A stretch of 64,000 nucleotides of DNA from an uncultured Gemmatimonadaceae bacterium (GTDB lineage: Bacteria; Gemmatimonadota; Gemmatimonadetes; Gemmatimonadales; Gemmatimonadaceae). The stretch is taken from NCBI GenBank assembly GCA_963843845.1, contig CAWJMB010000002.1, forward strand, positions 1,632,001 through 1,696,000. The letters are read 5' to 3'. Under the pieces are notes generated by a model, which did no database searches, was not told where the DNA came from, and saw nothing but the letters and a program-made list of their open reading frames with translations. The stretch's first letter is position 1. Each line of letters begins with the position of its first letter. Below are positions 10,807-20,118 of this stretch, in pieces. Both the position numbers and the translations under genes were made by a program.

Positions 10807-11532
10807 TCAGAACGACGCGACGTCCAGCACGACGACGTCGTCGACGCGCATCGTCTCGGCCGTGTAGAACGGCTCGCCGTAGCGGGTGCGGATGAGGGAG
10901 CCGTAGTGCGCCGCCTGATGCCGCACGATGTCGTAGAGCGGCTCACCGTTCGGAAAGACCTCGCCCGCCTGCAGCGCCTCGTCGAACTGCGAGCCGTAGC
11001 AGCGGATCGCTGCCATCTTCTGTTCGAACTCGTCGCTCACGTCCACGACGAACGTCGGCTTGCCGGCGTCCTCGCGGTACGTGATCGAGTGCAGCAGCTT
11101 GCGCGGGCGATGCGGCGGCAGCTCCGGGGTCACCTTCGCCAGCCCGGCAACGAAGCAGGCGTCGCGCACGAGCTCCGTCGTGACGCGGTGGTCGGGGTGT
11201 CGCCCGTTCGGTGCCGGCGCGATGACGACGCGGGGCCGCAGGCGGCGGATCACGGCGGCGAGCTGCGCGCGGGTCGTCGGCGTGTTCGTGATCCCGGCAT
11301 CCGGAAGCGCCAGGTTCTCGCGCACGTGCACGCCCAACACGGCGGCGGCGCGCTCCGACTCCTCCCGGCGCAGCGCCGCCGAACCGCGCGTCCCCATCTC
11401 GCCCTGTGTCAGGTCGATGATCCCGACCCGGTGGCCCTGCCGCACGCTCTTGATGAGCGTTCCGCCGCATGTGAGCTCGACGTCGTCGCGGTGCGCGGCG
11501 ATCGCGAGCAGCTCGACCGTTGGCTCGTGCAT
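10807..11532 (-). CDS. bshB1: PIG-L family deacetylase, bacillithiol BshB1-like
   Basis: AHRDDVEL, DLTQGEMGTRG, RHPDH, AIRCYGSQF, YGEPF. Confidence 0.8.
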   Translation of the reverse strand: MHEPTVELLAIAAHRDDVELTCGGTLIKSVRQGHRVGIIDLTQGEMGTRGSAALRREESERAAAVLGVHVRENLALPDAGITNTPTTRAQLAAVIRRLRPRVVIAPAPNGRHPDHRVTTELVRDACFVAGLAKVTPELPPHRPRKLLHSITYREDAGKPTFVVDVSDEFEQKMAAIRCYGSQFDEALQAGEVFPNGEPLYDIVRHQAAHYGSLIRTRYGEPFYTAETMRVDDVVVLDVASF

Positions 11533-11538
11533 GCGCGG

Positions 11539-11544
11539 AATCTA
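11539..11544 (-). promoter_or_regulatory. Putative -10 element TAGATT, 6 nt before the bshB1 ATG
   Basis: Minus strand TAGATT-ccgcgc-ATG. Confidence 0.5.
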
Positions 11545-11570
11545 GACCGCGCCGCGGCTCGGGGCGCGGA

Positions 11571-12014
11571 TCAGCGTCCGAGCGCGCCGCACTGCGCGAG
11601 GATCGCGTCGCGAGCGAGTGCGACGCGTTCGGACGGCGCGACGCGTTCCCACGCTGCGCGGCCTGCCGACGTGCCGACCCCGCCGCTCCGCAGCTCGCGC
11701 AGGGCGTAGGTCGCGCCGCCGACGATCAGTTGCGGGCCGCGCTGCGTCGGCGCGAGCGCGACCGTCAGCGCGTCGTACGATGCGGCGTCCGCCCCCGCGC
11801 GGCGCGTCGGGTCGCTGAGGCTCCGCGCCTCGAGTCGGTCCGCCGTGACGCGAACGTCGCTCAACCCATCGTTCGCGGCGACGTTCTGCGCGCAGCTCAG
11901 GAGCAGCGTCGCGTCGACAGGTCGACGCGACGAGGCGAACGCGAGACCGCCGCCGGCACAGGCGGTCGAGAGCAGCAGCGCAGCGGCGGAAATCGCGCGG
12001 GCCGAGCGTCGCAT
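11571..12014 (-). CDS. Hypothetical lipoprotein
   Basis: GGAG upstream; MRRSARAISAAALLLSTAC lipobox-like N-terminus. Confidence 0.65.
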   Translation of the reverse strand: MRRSARAISAAALLLSTACAGGGLAFASSRRPVDATLLLSCAQNVAANDGLSDVRVTADRLEARSLSDPTRRAGADAASYDALTVALAPTQRGPQLIVGGATYALRELRSGGVGTSAGRAAWERVAPSERVALARDAILAQCGALGR

Positions 12015-12176
12015 GTAGCACTCCGTACGACGTGAGGTGGGCACACCGGCCGCCGCGCGGGAAGGAGGCGCGGTCGGCCGAGGAACATGCGTTCCGGTGA
12101 CGCGCTCGCGCAAGGCGGCGTCACACCGATCGGACCCCGACCGAGCGCGCGGCGTCGGGAACGCCGCGCCCCAGCG

Positions 12177-13427
12177 TCACTCGTAGCGGAGCGCCTCGAC
12201 CGGATCGAGCCGCGCGGCGCGGACTGCCGGCACCATGCCGAACGCCACACCGGTGAGCGCCGACGCGATGAGCGCGGCTGCGATCGCCGACGGGGGAACC
12301 GCCGCCGGCACGGGCGTCAGCTTGTTGATCGCCAGCGCCGCCGCGCCGCCGAGCACCAGCCCGACCGCCGCGCCGAGACTCGTGAGGGTGGCCGCTTCGA
12401 CGAGGAACTGCCAGAGAATCGCGCCCTTCGTCGCGCCTAACGCTTTGCGAACGCCGATCTCGCGCGTCCGCTCCGTGACCGAGATCATCATGATCGCCAC
12501 CACGCCGACCCCGCCGACGAGCAGCCCGACCGCGGACAGGGCGAGACCGATGATGAACAGCGTTCCGAACAGCTTGTCGAACACTTCCATCATCCGGTCC
12601 GACGTCACGAGCGCGAAGGTGTTCAGCTCACCCGGCCGCAGGCCGCGTCGCGATCGGAGCGCCATCGTCACGTCGTCCATCACGTCGCTCTGCGTCACCC
12701 CGGTGCGCGGTTTGACGACGAGCGAGACGCCGCGCCGCCAGACGCCGATGTGGCGACGCGCAGCCTCGATCGGCATGATCGCGCGCGGCCGGTCGGGGCC
12801 GCGACCGTCCATCGTCTTCAGAAAGCCGCCCTTCGCGTGGTAGACCCCGATGACCTGGAACGGCTGGCCGTCGAGCTGCACCTGCTTGCCGATCGGGTCG
12901 GAGTCGCCGAAGAGCTTCGACTTCAGCGAGTCATTGATGATGACCACGCGTGAGCCGCTCGCGTTCTCCTGCTGCGAGAAGTTGCGTCCCGGCGAGATGT
13001 CGCCGACGTCGGTCTGCATCCATTGCTCGCTCATCGCGTCGTAGCCGACCGACGCGAGGTAGCGGTCGTGATACTGGAACGGCCGGCTATCGCCGTAGAT
13101 CTCGGTGACCGCCTGCACGTTCGGCAGTTGCCGGAGGATCGCCGCCTCCTCGGGGCTGATCGCCGGGTTGCGGCGCTCCGGCGAGTCCGGGTCCGGCGGG
13201 CCGGTCTCGAGGCCGCGGCGCCGCACCTGGAACGACGTCGCGCCGAAGTCCTCGACGTCGCTCTGGAAGCTCGCCGTGATGCCGTGCACGGTCGCGGCCA
13301 TGGCGACGACGACGAAGACGCCGATGCCGACGCCGCCGATCGTCAGTAAGGCGCGAAACTTGTTCGAGCGAATCGCTTCGAAGGCGATGAGCACGCCTTC
13401 GAGCGACTGGATGAGTCGATTCAGCAT
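12177..13427 (-). CDS. ABC transporter permease (MacB/FtsX family)
   Basis: GGVGVVAIMMISVTERTREIGVRKALGA, LDPVEALRYE. Confidence 0.93.
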   Translation of the reverse strand: MLNRLIQSLEGVLIAFEAIRSNKFRALLTIGGVGIGVFVVVAMAATVHGITASFQSDVEDFGATSFQVRRRGLETGPPDPDSPERRNPAISPEEAAILRQLPNVQAVTEIYGDSRPFQYHDRYLASVGYDAMSEQWMQTDVGDISPGRNFSQQENASGSRVVIINDSLKSKLFGDSDPIGKQVQLDGQPFQVIGVYHAKGGFLKTMDGRGPDRPRAIMPIEAARRHIGVWRRGVSLVVKPRTGVTQSDVMDDVTMALRSRRGLRPGELNTFALVTSDRMMEVFDKLFGTLFIIGLALSAVGLLVGGVGVVAIMMISVTERTREIGVRKALGATKGAILWQFLVEAATLTSLGAAVGLVLGGAAALAINKLTPVPAAVPPSAIAAALIASALTGVAFGMVPAVRAARLDPVEALRYE

Positions 13428-13434
13428 CCCGCCG

Positions 13435-14679
13435 TCACTCCTGCCGTAGCGCGGCGATCGGGTCGAGGCGCGACGCCCGGCTCGCCGGATACGCCCCCGA
13501 GACGATCCCGATCGTCGCGCCTAACACGAGGGCGAATCCGATCGACCACGGTGCGACGCCGACCGGAAGCGAGGGGAAGGCGAGCTGCAGGAGCTTCGCC
13601 GCCGCCAGCCCGAGCGAGATGCCGATCGCCGCGCCGAGCACGCTGAGCGTCGCGGCCTCGACGAGGAACTGTGTCATGATGTCGCGGCGCCGTGCGCCCA
13701 ACGCTTTGCGGATGCCGATCTCGCTCGTTCGCTCGGCGACCGCGACGAGCATGATGTTCATGATGACCATCGAGCCGACGATCATCCCGATCGCCGGGAG
13801 CGCCGCGCCGAAGACGGTGATCTTCCCCTTCAGCTCGTCGAAGAACTGCAGCGCCGAGTCGGACGTGTTGATCGCGAAATCGTCTTTCTCCGACGGCTGC
13901 AGACGATGACGTGCCCGCATCACCCCGCGCACCTCGTCGCCGAGGTCCGGCATCGCGTCGCGCGACGGCGCCTGCACGATGAGCGCGTCGATGTCCCCGC
14001 GAGGGTTCGTGACGCGCCCGATCGGCGATCGGTACGGCGCGATCGCGAACTGATCGAGTGAGAAGCCGAAGATGTTCCCCTGCTTCTCGATGACGCCGAT
14101 GATCGAATAGGGCATGCCGGCGATCTTCAGCTCGCGGCCGACCGGCTCGAGGTCCGGGAAGAAGTGCTCGGCGATCTCGACCCCGATGACGACCACGCGG
14201 GCGCCCATCGCCGCCTCCTGCTGCGTGAACGCGCGGCCGCTGGCGAGGTTGTACTTCTTGATCGTGAAATAGTCGCCGTCGACCCCCATCGCCTGCACGC
14301 GGCGCCGGCGCGCGTACGGCGACGTGGCGAACACGAAGTCGCTCCCCTCGATCGCCGACGGCGTGCCGCGCGGCAGCGCCTCGCGGATGAGCCCGACGTC
14401 CTCCTCGTACAGCCGCGGGCGCCGCTGCCACGAGCGCCACTCGTCGTCGGCGACGTCGCCGACCTGGAAGTTCGGCGTGCGACTCACGGTGAGCGTGTTC
14501 GCGCCGATCAACTTCCCGGCGAAGTCGTTCTCCATGTAGTTGCTCATCCCCTCGACGATCGAGATGACGGCGATGAGGAACATGACGCCGATCAGCACGC
14601 CGATCACGGTGAAGAAGCTCTTGAGCTTCTGCACGCGGATCGTCTGTAGCGCGAGGCGAACGGCTTCGAGGAAAGGCAT
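13435..14679 (-). CDS. ABC transporter permease (MacB/FtsX family)
   Basis: IMNIMLVAVAERTSEIGIRKALGA, LDPIAALRQE. Confidence 0.93.
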   Translation of the reverse strand: MPFLEAVRLALQTIRVQKLKSFFTVIGVLIGVMFLIAVISIVEGMSNYMENDFAGKLIGANTLTVSRTPNFQVGDVADDEWRSWQRRPRLYEEDVGLIREALPRGTPSAIEGSDFVFATSPYARRRRVQAMGVDGDYFTIKKYNLASGRAFTQQEAAMGARVVVIGVEIAEHFFPDLEPVGRELKIAGMPYSIIGVIEKQGNIFGFSLDQFAIAPYRSPIGRVTNPRGDIDALIVQAPSRDAMPDLGDEVRGVMRARHRLQPSEKDDFAINTSDSALQFFDELKGKITVFGAALPAIGMIVGSMVIMNIMLVAVAERTSEIGIRKALGARRRDIMTQFLVEAATLSVLGAAIGISLGLAAAKLLQLAFPSLPVGVAPWSIGFALVLGATIGIVSGAYPASRASRLDPIAALRQE

Positions 14680-14731
14680 CCGGGGGGAGGAGGGGAGAGT
14701 GCCTGACGCGGGCGCGGCGCGGTCCGAACCC

Positions 14732-15577
14732 TTACGAGCCGCGCGTCCCGACCTCGTGCACCGAGCCGCCGAGCTTGAGCCGCTCGACGAACTGCGCGCG
14801 ACGTTCGTCGCTCGCGACCGCGCCGTCGCGCAGCACGATCACCCGCCGCGCGTGCTGTGCGATGTCCGGCTCGTGGGTGACCATGATGACCGTCTGTCCC
14901 TCGTCGGAGAGCGCCTCGAAGACCCGCATGATCTCCTCGGACGTGTTCGAGTCGAGGTTGCCGGTGGGCTCGTCGGCGAGCAGGATCGACGGACGGTTGA
15001 CGAGGGCACGGGCGATCGCCACGCGCTGACGCTGACCGCCGGAGAGCTCGTTCGGCCGGTGGTGCATGCGGCTGCCGAGGTTCACGCGGTCGAGTGCCTC
15101 CTCGGCGCGCTTCCGCCGTTCGGTGCCCGAGACGCCGGCGTACACGAGCGGCAGCTCGACATTCTGGAGCGCGGTCGAGCGAGGAAGCAGGTTGAACGTC
15201 TGGAAGACGAAGCCGATCTCCTTGTTGCGCACCCGCGCCAGCGCGTCGTCGCTCATCGCCGAGACGAGCTGTCCGTTCAGCCAGTACTCGCCCGCCGACG
15301 GCGTGTCGAGGCAGCCGAGCACGTTCATGAACGTCGACTTCCCCGATCCGGACGGACCCATGATCGCGACGTACTCGTTGCGCCCGATCGCGAGCTCGAC
15401 GCCGCGCAGGGCACGGACGATCTCGCCGCCCATGTCGTACTCGCGCTTGATGCCGCGCGTGACGATGATCCAGTCCTGCCCCGGCGCGAGGCCCGAGCCG
15501 GCGATCACGGCGCGGCGCTCCGCCGTCGTCGAGACGCCTGGCTCGGCTTCCGTGTGCATCACATTGCTGTCGATCAC
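14732..15577 (-). CDS. ABC transporter ATP-binding protein (MacB/LolD-like)
   Basis: [30 protein letters not shown]. Confidence 0.95.
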   Translation of the reverse strand: MIDSNVMHTEAEPGVSTTAERRAVIAGSGLAPGQDWIIVTRGIKREYDMGGEIVRALRGVELAIGRNEYVAIMGPSGSGKSTFMNVLGCLDTPSAGEYWLNGQLVSAMSDDALARVRNKEIGFVFQTFNLLPRSTALQNVELPLVYAGVSGTERRKRAEEALDRVNLGSRMHHRPNELSGGQRQRVAIARALVNRPSILLADEPTGNLDSNTSEEIMRVFEALSDEGQTVIMVTHEPDIAQHARRVIVLRDGAVASDERRAQFVERLKLGGSVHEVGTRGS

Positions 15578-16860
15578 GACTTCGCTCCCGTCTTGGTGGC
15601 CTTCGCGTCCTTGTCGACGGCCTGCTTCACGGTCTGGCCGTCCTTCAGGTCGCGGATCGCCTGGTAGGTCCCGGCGACGATCGTCTCCCCTTCCTTGAGA
15701 CCGCCGACGACCTCGAAGAACCGGTCGCCCGCGATCCCTACCTTAACGGGGCGGAACGTCACCTTGTTGTCGGTACCGACGACGAAGACCCCCTCGACGT
15801 CCTTCTTGCCGATCTCCTTCTGCGGCGCGCGGTTCCCCATCGTCGGCGCGCTGTCCTTCTGCGCCAGCGCCTCGTTCTCGCGCACGGTGAGCGCGATGAT
15901 CGGAATCGAGACCACGCTCTTCCGCGTGTCGGTCACGATCTTCGCCGTCGCCGAGAAGTCGGGGCGCGTCTCGGCGGGGGGATTCAGCAGCTGGATCGTG
16001 ACCTCGTAGTCGATGGCCTGATCGGTCGACGCGCCGGCGGCCGCCGTCACCGAGCTGTTGGAGATCTTCGTCACCTTGCCGACGAACGTCGTGTCGGGGA
16101 ACGCGTCGATCTGCACCACGGCCGAATCCCCGGTCGCGATGTGTGCGACGTCGGTCTCGTCGACCTTGACCTTCGTCTCGAGGATGCCCATGTCGCTGAT
16201 CGTGAGCAGCGTCGCGGCGTCTCTGTTGAACGTGCCGGGGACCGCCGTCTCGCCCGCCTCGACGTTCAGTCGCGTGATGCGCCCGCTCATCGGCGCCATG
16301 ATCGTCGTCTTGGCCAGCGCCTGCCGCGCGTCGCGGAGCGAGGCGGCCGCCTGATCGACCCCGTGCCGCGACGCGTCGACGAGCGCCTTGTTGACGTCGG
16401 ACGATGTCTTGAGCTGGTCGAGCTCGGACTCCGAGATGAGATTCGCGTTCTGCGTCTTGATGGTGTTCATGCGCTCGTACGAGCGCTGGGCCTGGATGTA
16501 GTTCGCCTGCGCCTGCGACGCCTGCGCCCGCGCCGACGCGAGGCCGGCCTCGGCGCGCTGCACGTTCGCGGCATACTGCTCCGGATCGATCTGGAGCAGG
16601 AACTGCCCCTGCGTGACGATGTCGCCTTCCTTCACCGCGAGGCGCACGATGCGCCCGCTGATGTCGGCGGCGACGTCGACCTTGGAGTGCGGGATGACCT
16701 GGCCGCTCGCCGTGACCGAGGCGACGAGGTCGCGCCGCCCGACCGACTCGAGCTTCACCTCGACGACCTTGTTCTCGCGCTTCTTGGCGCCCATCACCGC
16801 GAACGCGGCGACCGCGGCGAGCACGACGCCGGCGATGGACAGCTTCAGGGGCTTGCTCAT
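15574..16860 (-). CDS. Efflux periplasmic adaptor (MacA/HlyD-type MFP)
   Basis: N-terminal anchor, lipoyl halves (VKEGDIV; IMAPMSG), coiled hairpin, VDETDV. Confidence 0.92.
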   Translation of the reverse strand: MSKPLKLSIAGVVLAAVAAFAVMGAKKRENKVVEVKLESVGRRDLVASVTASGQVIPHSKVDVAADISGRIVRLAVKEGDIVTQGQFLLQIDPEQYAANVQRAEAGLASARAQASQAQANYIQAQRSYERMNTIKTQNANLISESELDQLKTSSDVNKALVDASRHGVDQAAASLRDARQALAKTTIMAPMSGRITRLNVEAGETAVPGTFNRDAATLLTISDMGILETKVKVDETDVAHIATGDSAVVQIDAFPDTTFVGKVTKISNSSVTAAAGASTDQAIDYEVTIQLLNPPAETRPDFSATAKIVTDTRKSVVSIPIIALTVRENEALAQKDSAPTMGNRAPQKEIGKKDVEGVFVVGTDNKVTFRPVKVGIAGDRFFEVVGGLKEGETIVAGTYQAIRDLKDGQTVKQAVDKDAKATKTGAKS

Positions 16861-16891
16861 GGACACGGTATGGAGAGGAGGGAGAGATCGA

Positions 16892-18394
16892 TCAGCGGAG
16901 CGGGCGTCCGACGGCGTTCTCGAGCGTCGCGAACGACCGATGGAAGTCGTAGATCGCGTTCAGATAGTCGGTCTGCGCGCGGGCGTAGTCGTCACGCGCC
17001 TGCGACACCTCGATGAACGTGTTGGCGCCGACGCGGTACCGCTCCTGCGCGAGCGCCAGCGCCTCGCGCGACGTGTTCGCGTTCTGCTGCTGAATCGCGA
17101 CCGACTGCCGCTGCGCCTGCAGCGTCAGGTACGCGGCGGTGACGTCCGCGGTGAGCTGCAGCTCCTGCCCGCGGATGCGATACTCGGCGTCGTTGCGCGC
17201 GGCGACGGCGCTCTGAATCTGCTGCTCGCGCTGAAAGCCGTTGAAGATCGGAAGGTTGAGCGACGCCGTGACGCTGTACGGACTGCGCGTGAAGTCGAAC
17301 AGCCGGCCGTTCGTGGCGCGCGCGGCTGAGATCTCGTCGGGGGTCAGCGTGATCGCGCGGCAGGCGTCGAGATCGGCCGTCTGGCCGACCGCCTGGCGAA
17401 TCTGCGCCGCCGAGAAGCACGCGCCCTGCTTCGACGAGAGCGCCGACGTGACGAGGCCGTCGGTACTCGTGAACGTGTTGCCGAAGCCATTCAGCCCGGC
17501 GCTGAGCGACAGCGACGGCAGGTAGGCGCCTTTCGACGCGCGCACCGTCTGCACGGCGACGTCGCCGCGGACGCGCGCCGCGTTGAGCACCGGATTGGAC
17601 TTCCGCGCTTCGTCGAGCAGCGCGTCGAGCGTCTGCGGCGGATCGGTCAGCTCGAACCGCGTCGTGAGCTGCACGTCGGTCGGCTGCGTCACGCCGAGCT
17701 GCTGGAAGAGACGCAGCTTCTCGACTTGCGCCTGGTTCCGCGCCTGGATCGACTGCACCTGCAACTGGCCGAGCGCCACCTCTGCGCGACGCACGTCGAG
17801 CACGGTCGCGGCACCGACGGCCACGCGCGCCTTCGCGAGCTCGAGCTGTGCGGCGGCGGTCGCGACGAGTGAGTCTTGCAGTGCCGCACGCGCCTGCTGC
17901 TGCAGGGCGGCGATGTACTGCGTGGTCACGCCCGCCCGAAGCGTCTGCGCGGCGCCGGAGATGTCCGCCTCGACCGCTTCCGCGTTCGCGCGCTGGACGC
18001 GCGGCGTGAGCAACGTGGCGGCGCTGAACTGCGCGTCCACGCTGAACCCTCCGCCGGCGTTCAGCTGATCCGCGCGGGCGCCGACCACCTGACCGGCGAA
18101 GAGCTGCTGCCCGCCCTGGCGGTACTGCGTGTAGAAGTTGGTCGACAGCTGCGGCGCGAGCGCGCCGTACGAGCTGCGCACGGCGGCGGCAGCGCGGCGG
18201 CGCTCGTTCACGCTCGACTGATACGACGGGTTGTTGCGGCGCGCGAGCGCGATCGCTTCGTCGAGCGACAGCGTCGGGCCGCTCGTGACGGCGGGTGGCG
18301 CCGGCGGCGTGGGGGCCTGCTGCGCGACGAGAACGGGGGCGGCAGCGAGCCGCGCGCCGGCGAGGAGCGCGCCGGCGAGGAGCGGAAAGCGCAT
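16892..18394 (-). CDS. TolC family outer membrane protein
   Basis: Signal peptide, LSLDEAIALARRNNP, LPIFNG, ERYRVG; heads the exporter operon. Confidence 0.92.
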   Translation of the reverse strand: MRFPLLAGALLAGARLAAAPVLVAQQAPTPPAPPAVTSGPTLSLDEAIALARRNNPSYQSSVNERRRAAAAVRSSYGALAPQLSTNFYTQYRQGGQQLFAGQVVGARADQLNAGGGFSVDAQFSAATLLTPRVQRANAEAVEADISGAAQTLRAGVTTQYIAALQQQARAALQDSLVATAAAQLELAKARVAVGAATVLDVRRAEVALGQLQVQSIQARNQAQVEKLRLFQQLGVTQPTDVQLTTRFELTDPPQTLDALLDEARKSNPVLNAARVRGDVAVQTVRASKGAYLPSLSLSAGLNGFGNTFTSTDGLVTSALSSKQGACFSAAQIRQAVGQTADLDACRAITLTPDEISAARATNGRLFDFTRSPYSVTASLNLPIFNGFQREQQIQSAVAARNDAEYRIRGQELQLTADVTAAYLTLQAQRQSVAIQQQNANTSREALALAQERYRVGANTFIEVSQARDDYARAQTDYLNAIYDFHRSFATLENAVGRPLR

Positions 18395-18526
18395 GGTGGG
18401 AAAGTCGGAGGGGGTCAGGCTGACGTACGGGCGCCCGGGACGCCGGTTTCACACGGGGGTCGAGAGGATGGCTTCGCTCTCGGCGCGCGTCGCGCGCGGG
18501 CCCGGGCGCGGTGGCGAGGCGGCGGG

Positions 18527-19225
18527 CTACCGCCCGGGCGGATCGTCGCGCAGCGCGATGAGGTTCTGCGCCGGCACCGCCACCTTCAGCACCCGCCCGC
18601 CCGTGTCCACCCACACCACCCGCTCGGTGCCACCGACGCCCGAAAACAGGTATCGCGTCGCCGCGATCGTTTCCCCGCCCACCGAGACCGACTCGGCGCC
18701 GGCACGAGCGACGCGCACCGTTCCCTGCGCATTGCGTCGCGGTGCGACGACAGGCACCTGCGTCGCTGCCCCGAGGCGGTTGCCGAGCGGGAGGAAGTAG
18801 TACTGATGGAAGAGCTCGTCGTCGACGAGTACCGCGCCGTCTCCGGTCGCGTACTCGCTCGCGGCCTCGCCGCGGCTCGTGCGCACCTGCATGCTGAATC
18901 GGCCGTGCATGATCTGACCGGTCAGCCGCGACTCGGTGTCGGTGCCGTTCTTCACGTCGACCTGGTAGCGCAGCGGCGCTCCCGCCGCGTCCGTCTGGAG
19001 CGCCGAGCTGATGCGCCGGTCGCCGTACGCGCCGAGCCCGCGCGCGACATACTCGACCCCGCCCGCGACCGGCTGCCGCACGATACGGAACTCTTCCCGC
19101 CCGATGCGGGCGCCGTCGCGCGTGATCGTGAACGTCCCCTCGTCGGCCGTGCTGACCTGCGCGGCGAGCGAGAGGGGCGCTGCCACGAGAACCGCGGCGA
19201 CGAGAGGTTTCACGAATGAGCGCAT
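18527..19225 (-). CDS. Hypothetical secreted beta-rich protein
   Basis: Signal peptide MRSFVKPLVAAVLVAAPLSLAA; IGREEFRI and VWVDTGGRVLKV strands. Confidence 0.75.
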   Translation of the reverse strand: MRSFVKPLVAAVLVAAPLSLAAQVSTADEGTFTITRDGARIGREEFRIVRQPVAGGVEYVARGLGAYGDRRISSALQTDAAGAPLRYQVDVKNGTDTESRLTGQIMHGRFSMQVRTSRGEAASEYATGDGAVLVDDELFHQYYFLPLGNRLGAATQVPVVAPRRNAQGTVRVARAGAESVSVGGETIAATRYLFSGVGGTERVVWVDTGGRVLKVAVPAQNLIALRDDPPGR

Positions 19226-19298
19226 GACACGCACATCTACCCGGGCCGAACGAGCGAGGTCCGTAAACACCCTGACTGACGGCCGGCGGCCGATCGCG

Positions 19299-20072
19299 TC
19301 ACGCGGGGCTCGCGGCCGCCGGGTCGGGGGCGCCGCGCTCGGAGGGCGCGAGGCCGAGCACGCGCGTGGCGACGCGCTCGAGAATGCGCTCGTACAGCAG
19401 CTGCCCCGTCTCCGCCGACGCGATCGTGGGGCGGCCGAGCGAGCCGCTCGGCCCGCGCGCGACCTGACCGGTGCCCCGGCGAAATCGGCGCAGCGCCGTG
19501 CGCTCGACCATATAATCCTGCGCGGCATCGAGGCGAACGAGCTCCGGCGCGAGGTAGAGCAGCAGCGACGTATCCACTTCGTCGCCGTGCATCGCTTCCA
19601 CCTGGCCGTGCAGCAGGTCCGTGAGATGCACCGCGAACAGATCGACGACGCGCACCCGCGCGCGTGCCGTGACGACCGTCGCCAGCGCCTCCTGATGCGG
19701 ATCGAACGCGTGGGCCGTGACCAGGATCAGCTCTTCGACGCCGCTCGTCTCCCACGCGGCGACGAGGTCGTTGAGCAGACGGTGCAACGTCTTCTTGCGC
19801 ACCCCAGCGGCGCCGGGGACGGCGGCCCGCACGGGCGCGTTCACACCGTACTCGATCGTCGGCGCGCGGAGCACCCCGGCGCGCGCCGAGAGGTCGTCGG
19901 CGAGGCAGTCGACGATGATCGTGTCACAGCCGAACGGCAGGTGATCGCCGTGCGGATCGGTGCAGCCCACCGGAACGATGAGCCGCGGGTCGTGTCCGAG
20001 GATCGCCGCCACCTCGGGCGGCGTCAGCGCTTTGAGCCGGAGCGGCGTGCCGGCGGGGGAACGAACGGTCAT
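19299..20072 (-). CDS. Creatininase/MftE family amidohydrolase (divergent motifs)
   Basis: PVGCTDPHGDHLPFGCD, HGDEVDTS, PELVR, G.LG.P..AS.E.G. Confidence 0.82.
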   Translation of the reverse strand: MTVRSPAGTPLRLKALTPPEVAAILGHDPRLIVPVGCTDPHGDHLPFGCDTIIVDCLADDLSARAGVLRAPTIEYGVNAPVRAAVPGAAGVRKKTLHRLLNDLVAAWETSGVEELILVTAHAFDPHQEALATVVTARARVRVVDLFAVHLTDLLHGQVEAMHGDEVDTSLLLYLAPELVRLDAAQDYMVERTALRRFRRGTGQVARGPSGSLGRPTIASAETGQLLYERILERVATRVLGLAPSERGAPDPAAASPA

Positions 20073-20118
20073 CGACGTCGGAGCTGAAACGGCGGCGCAG
20101 GGAGACGCCGCTCGCGGC

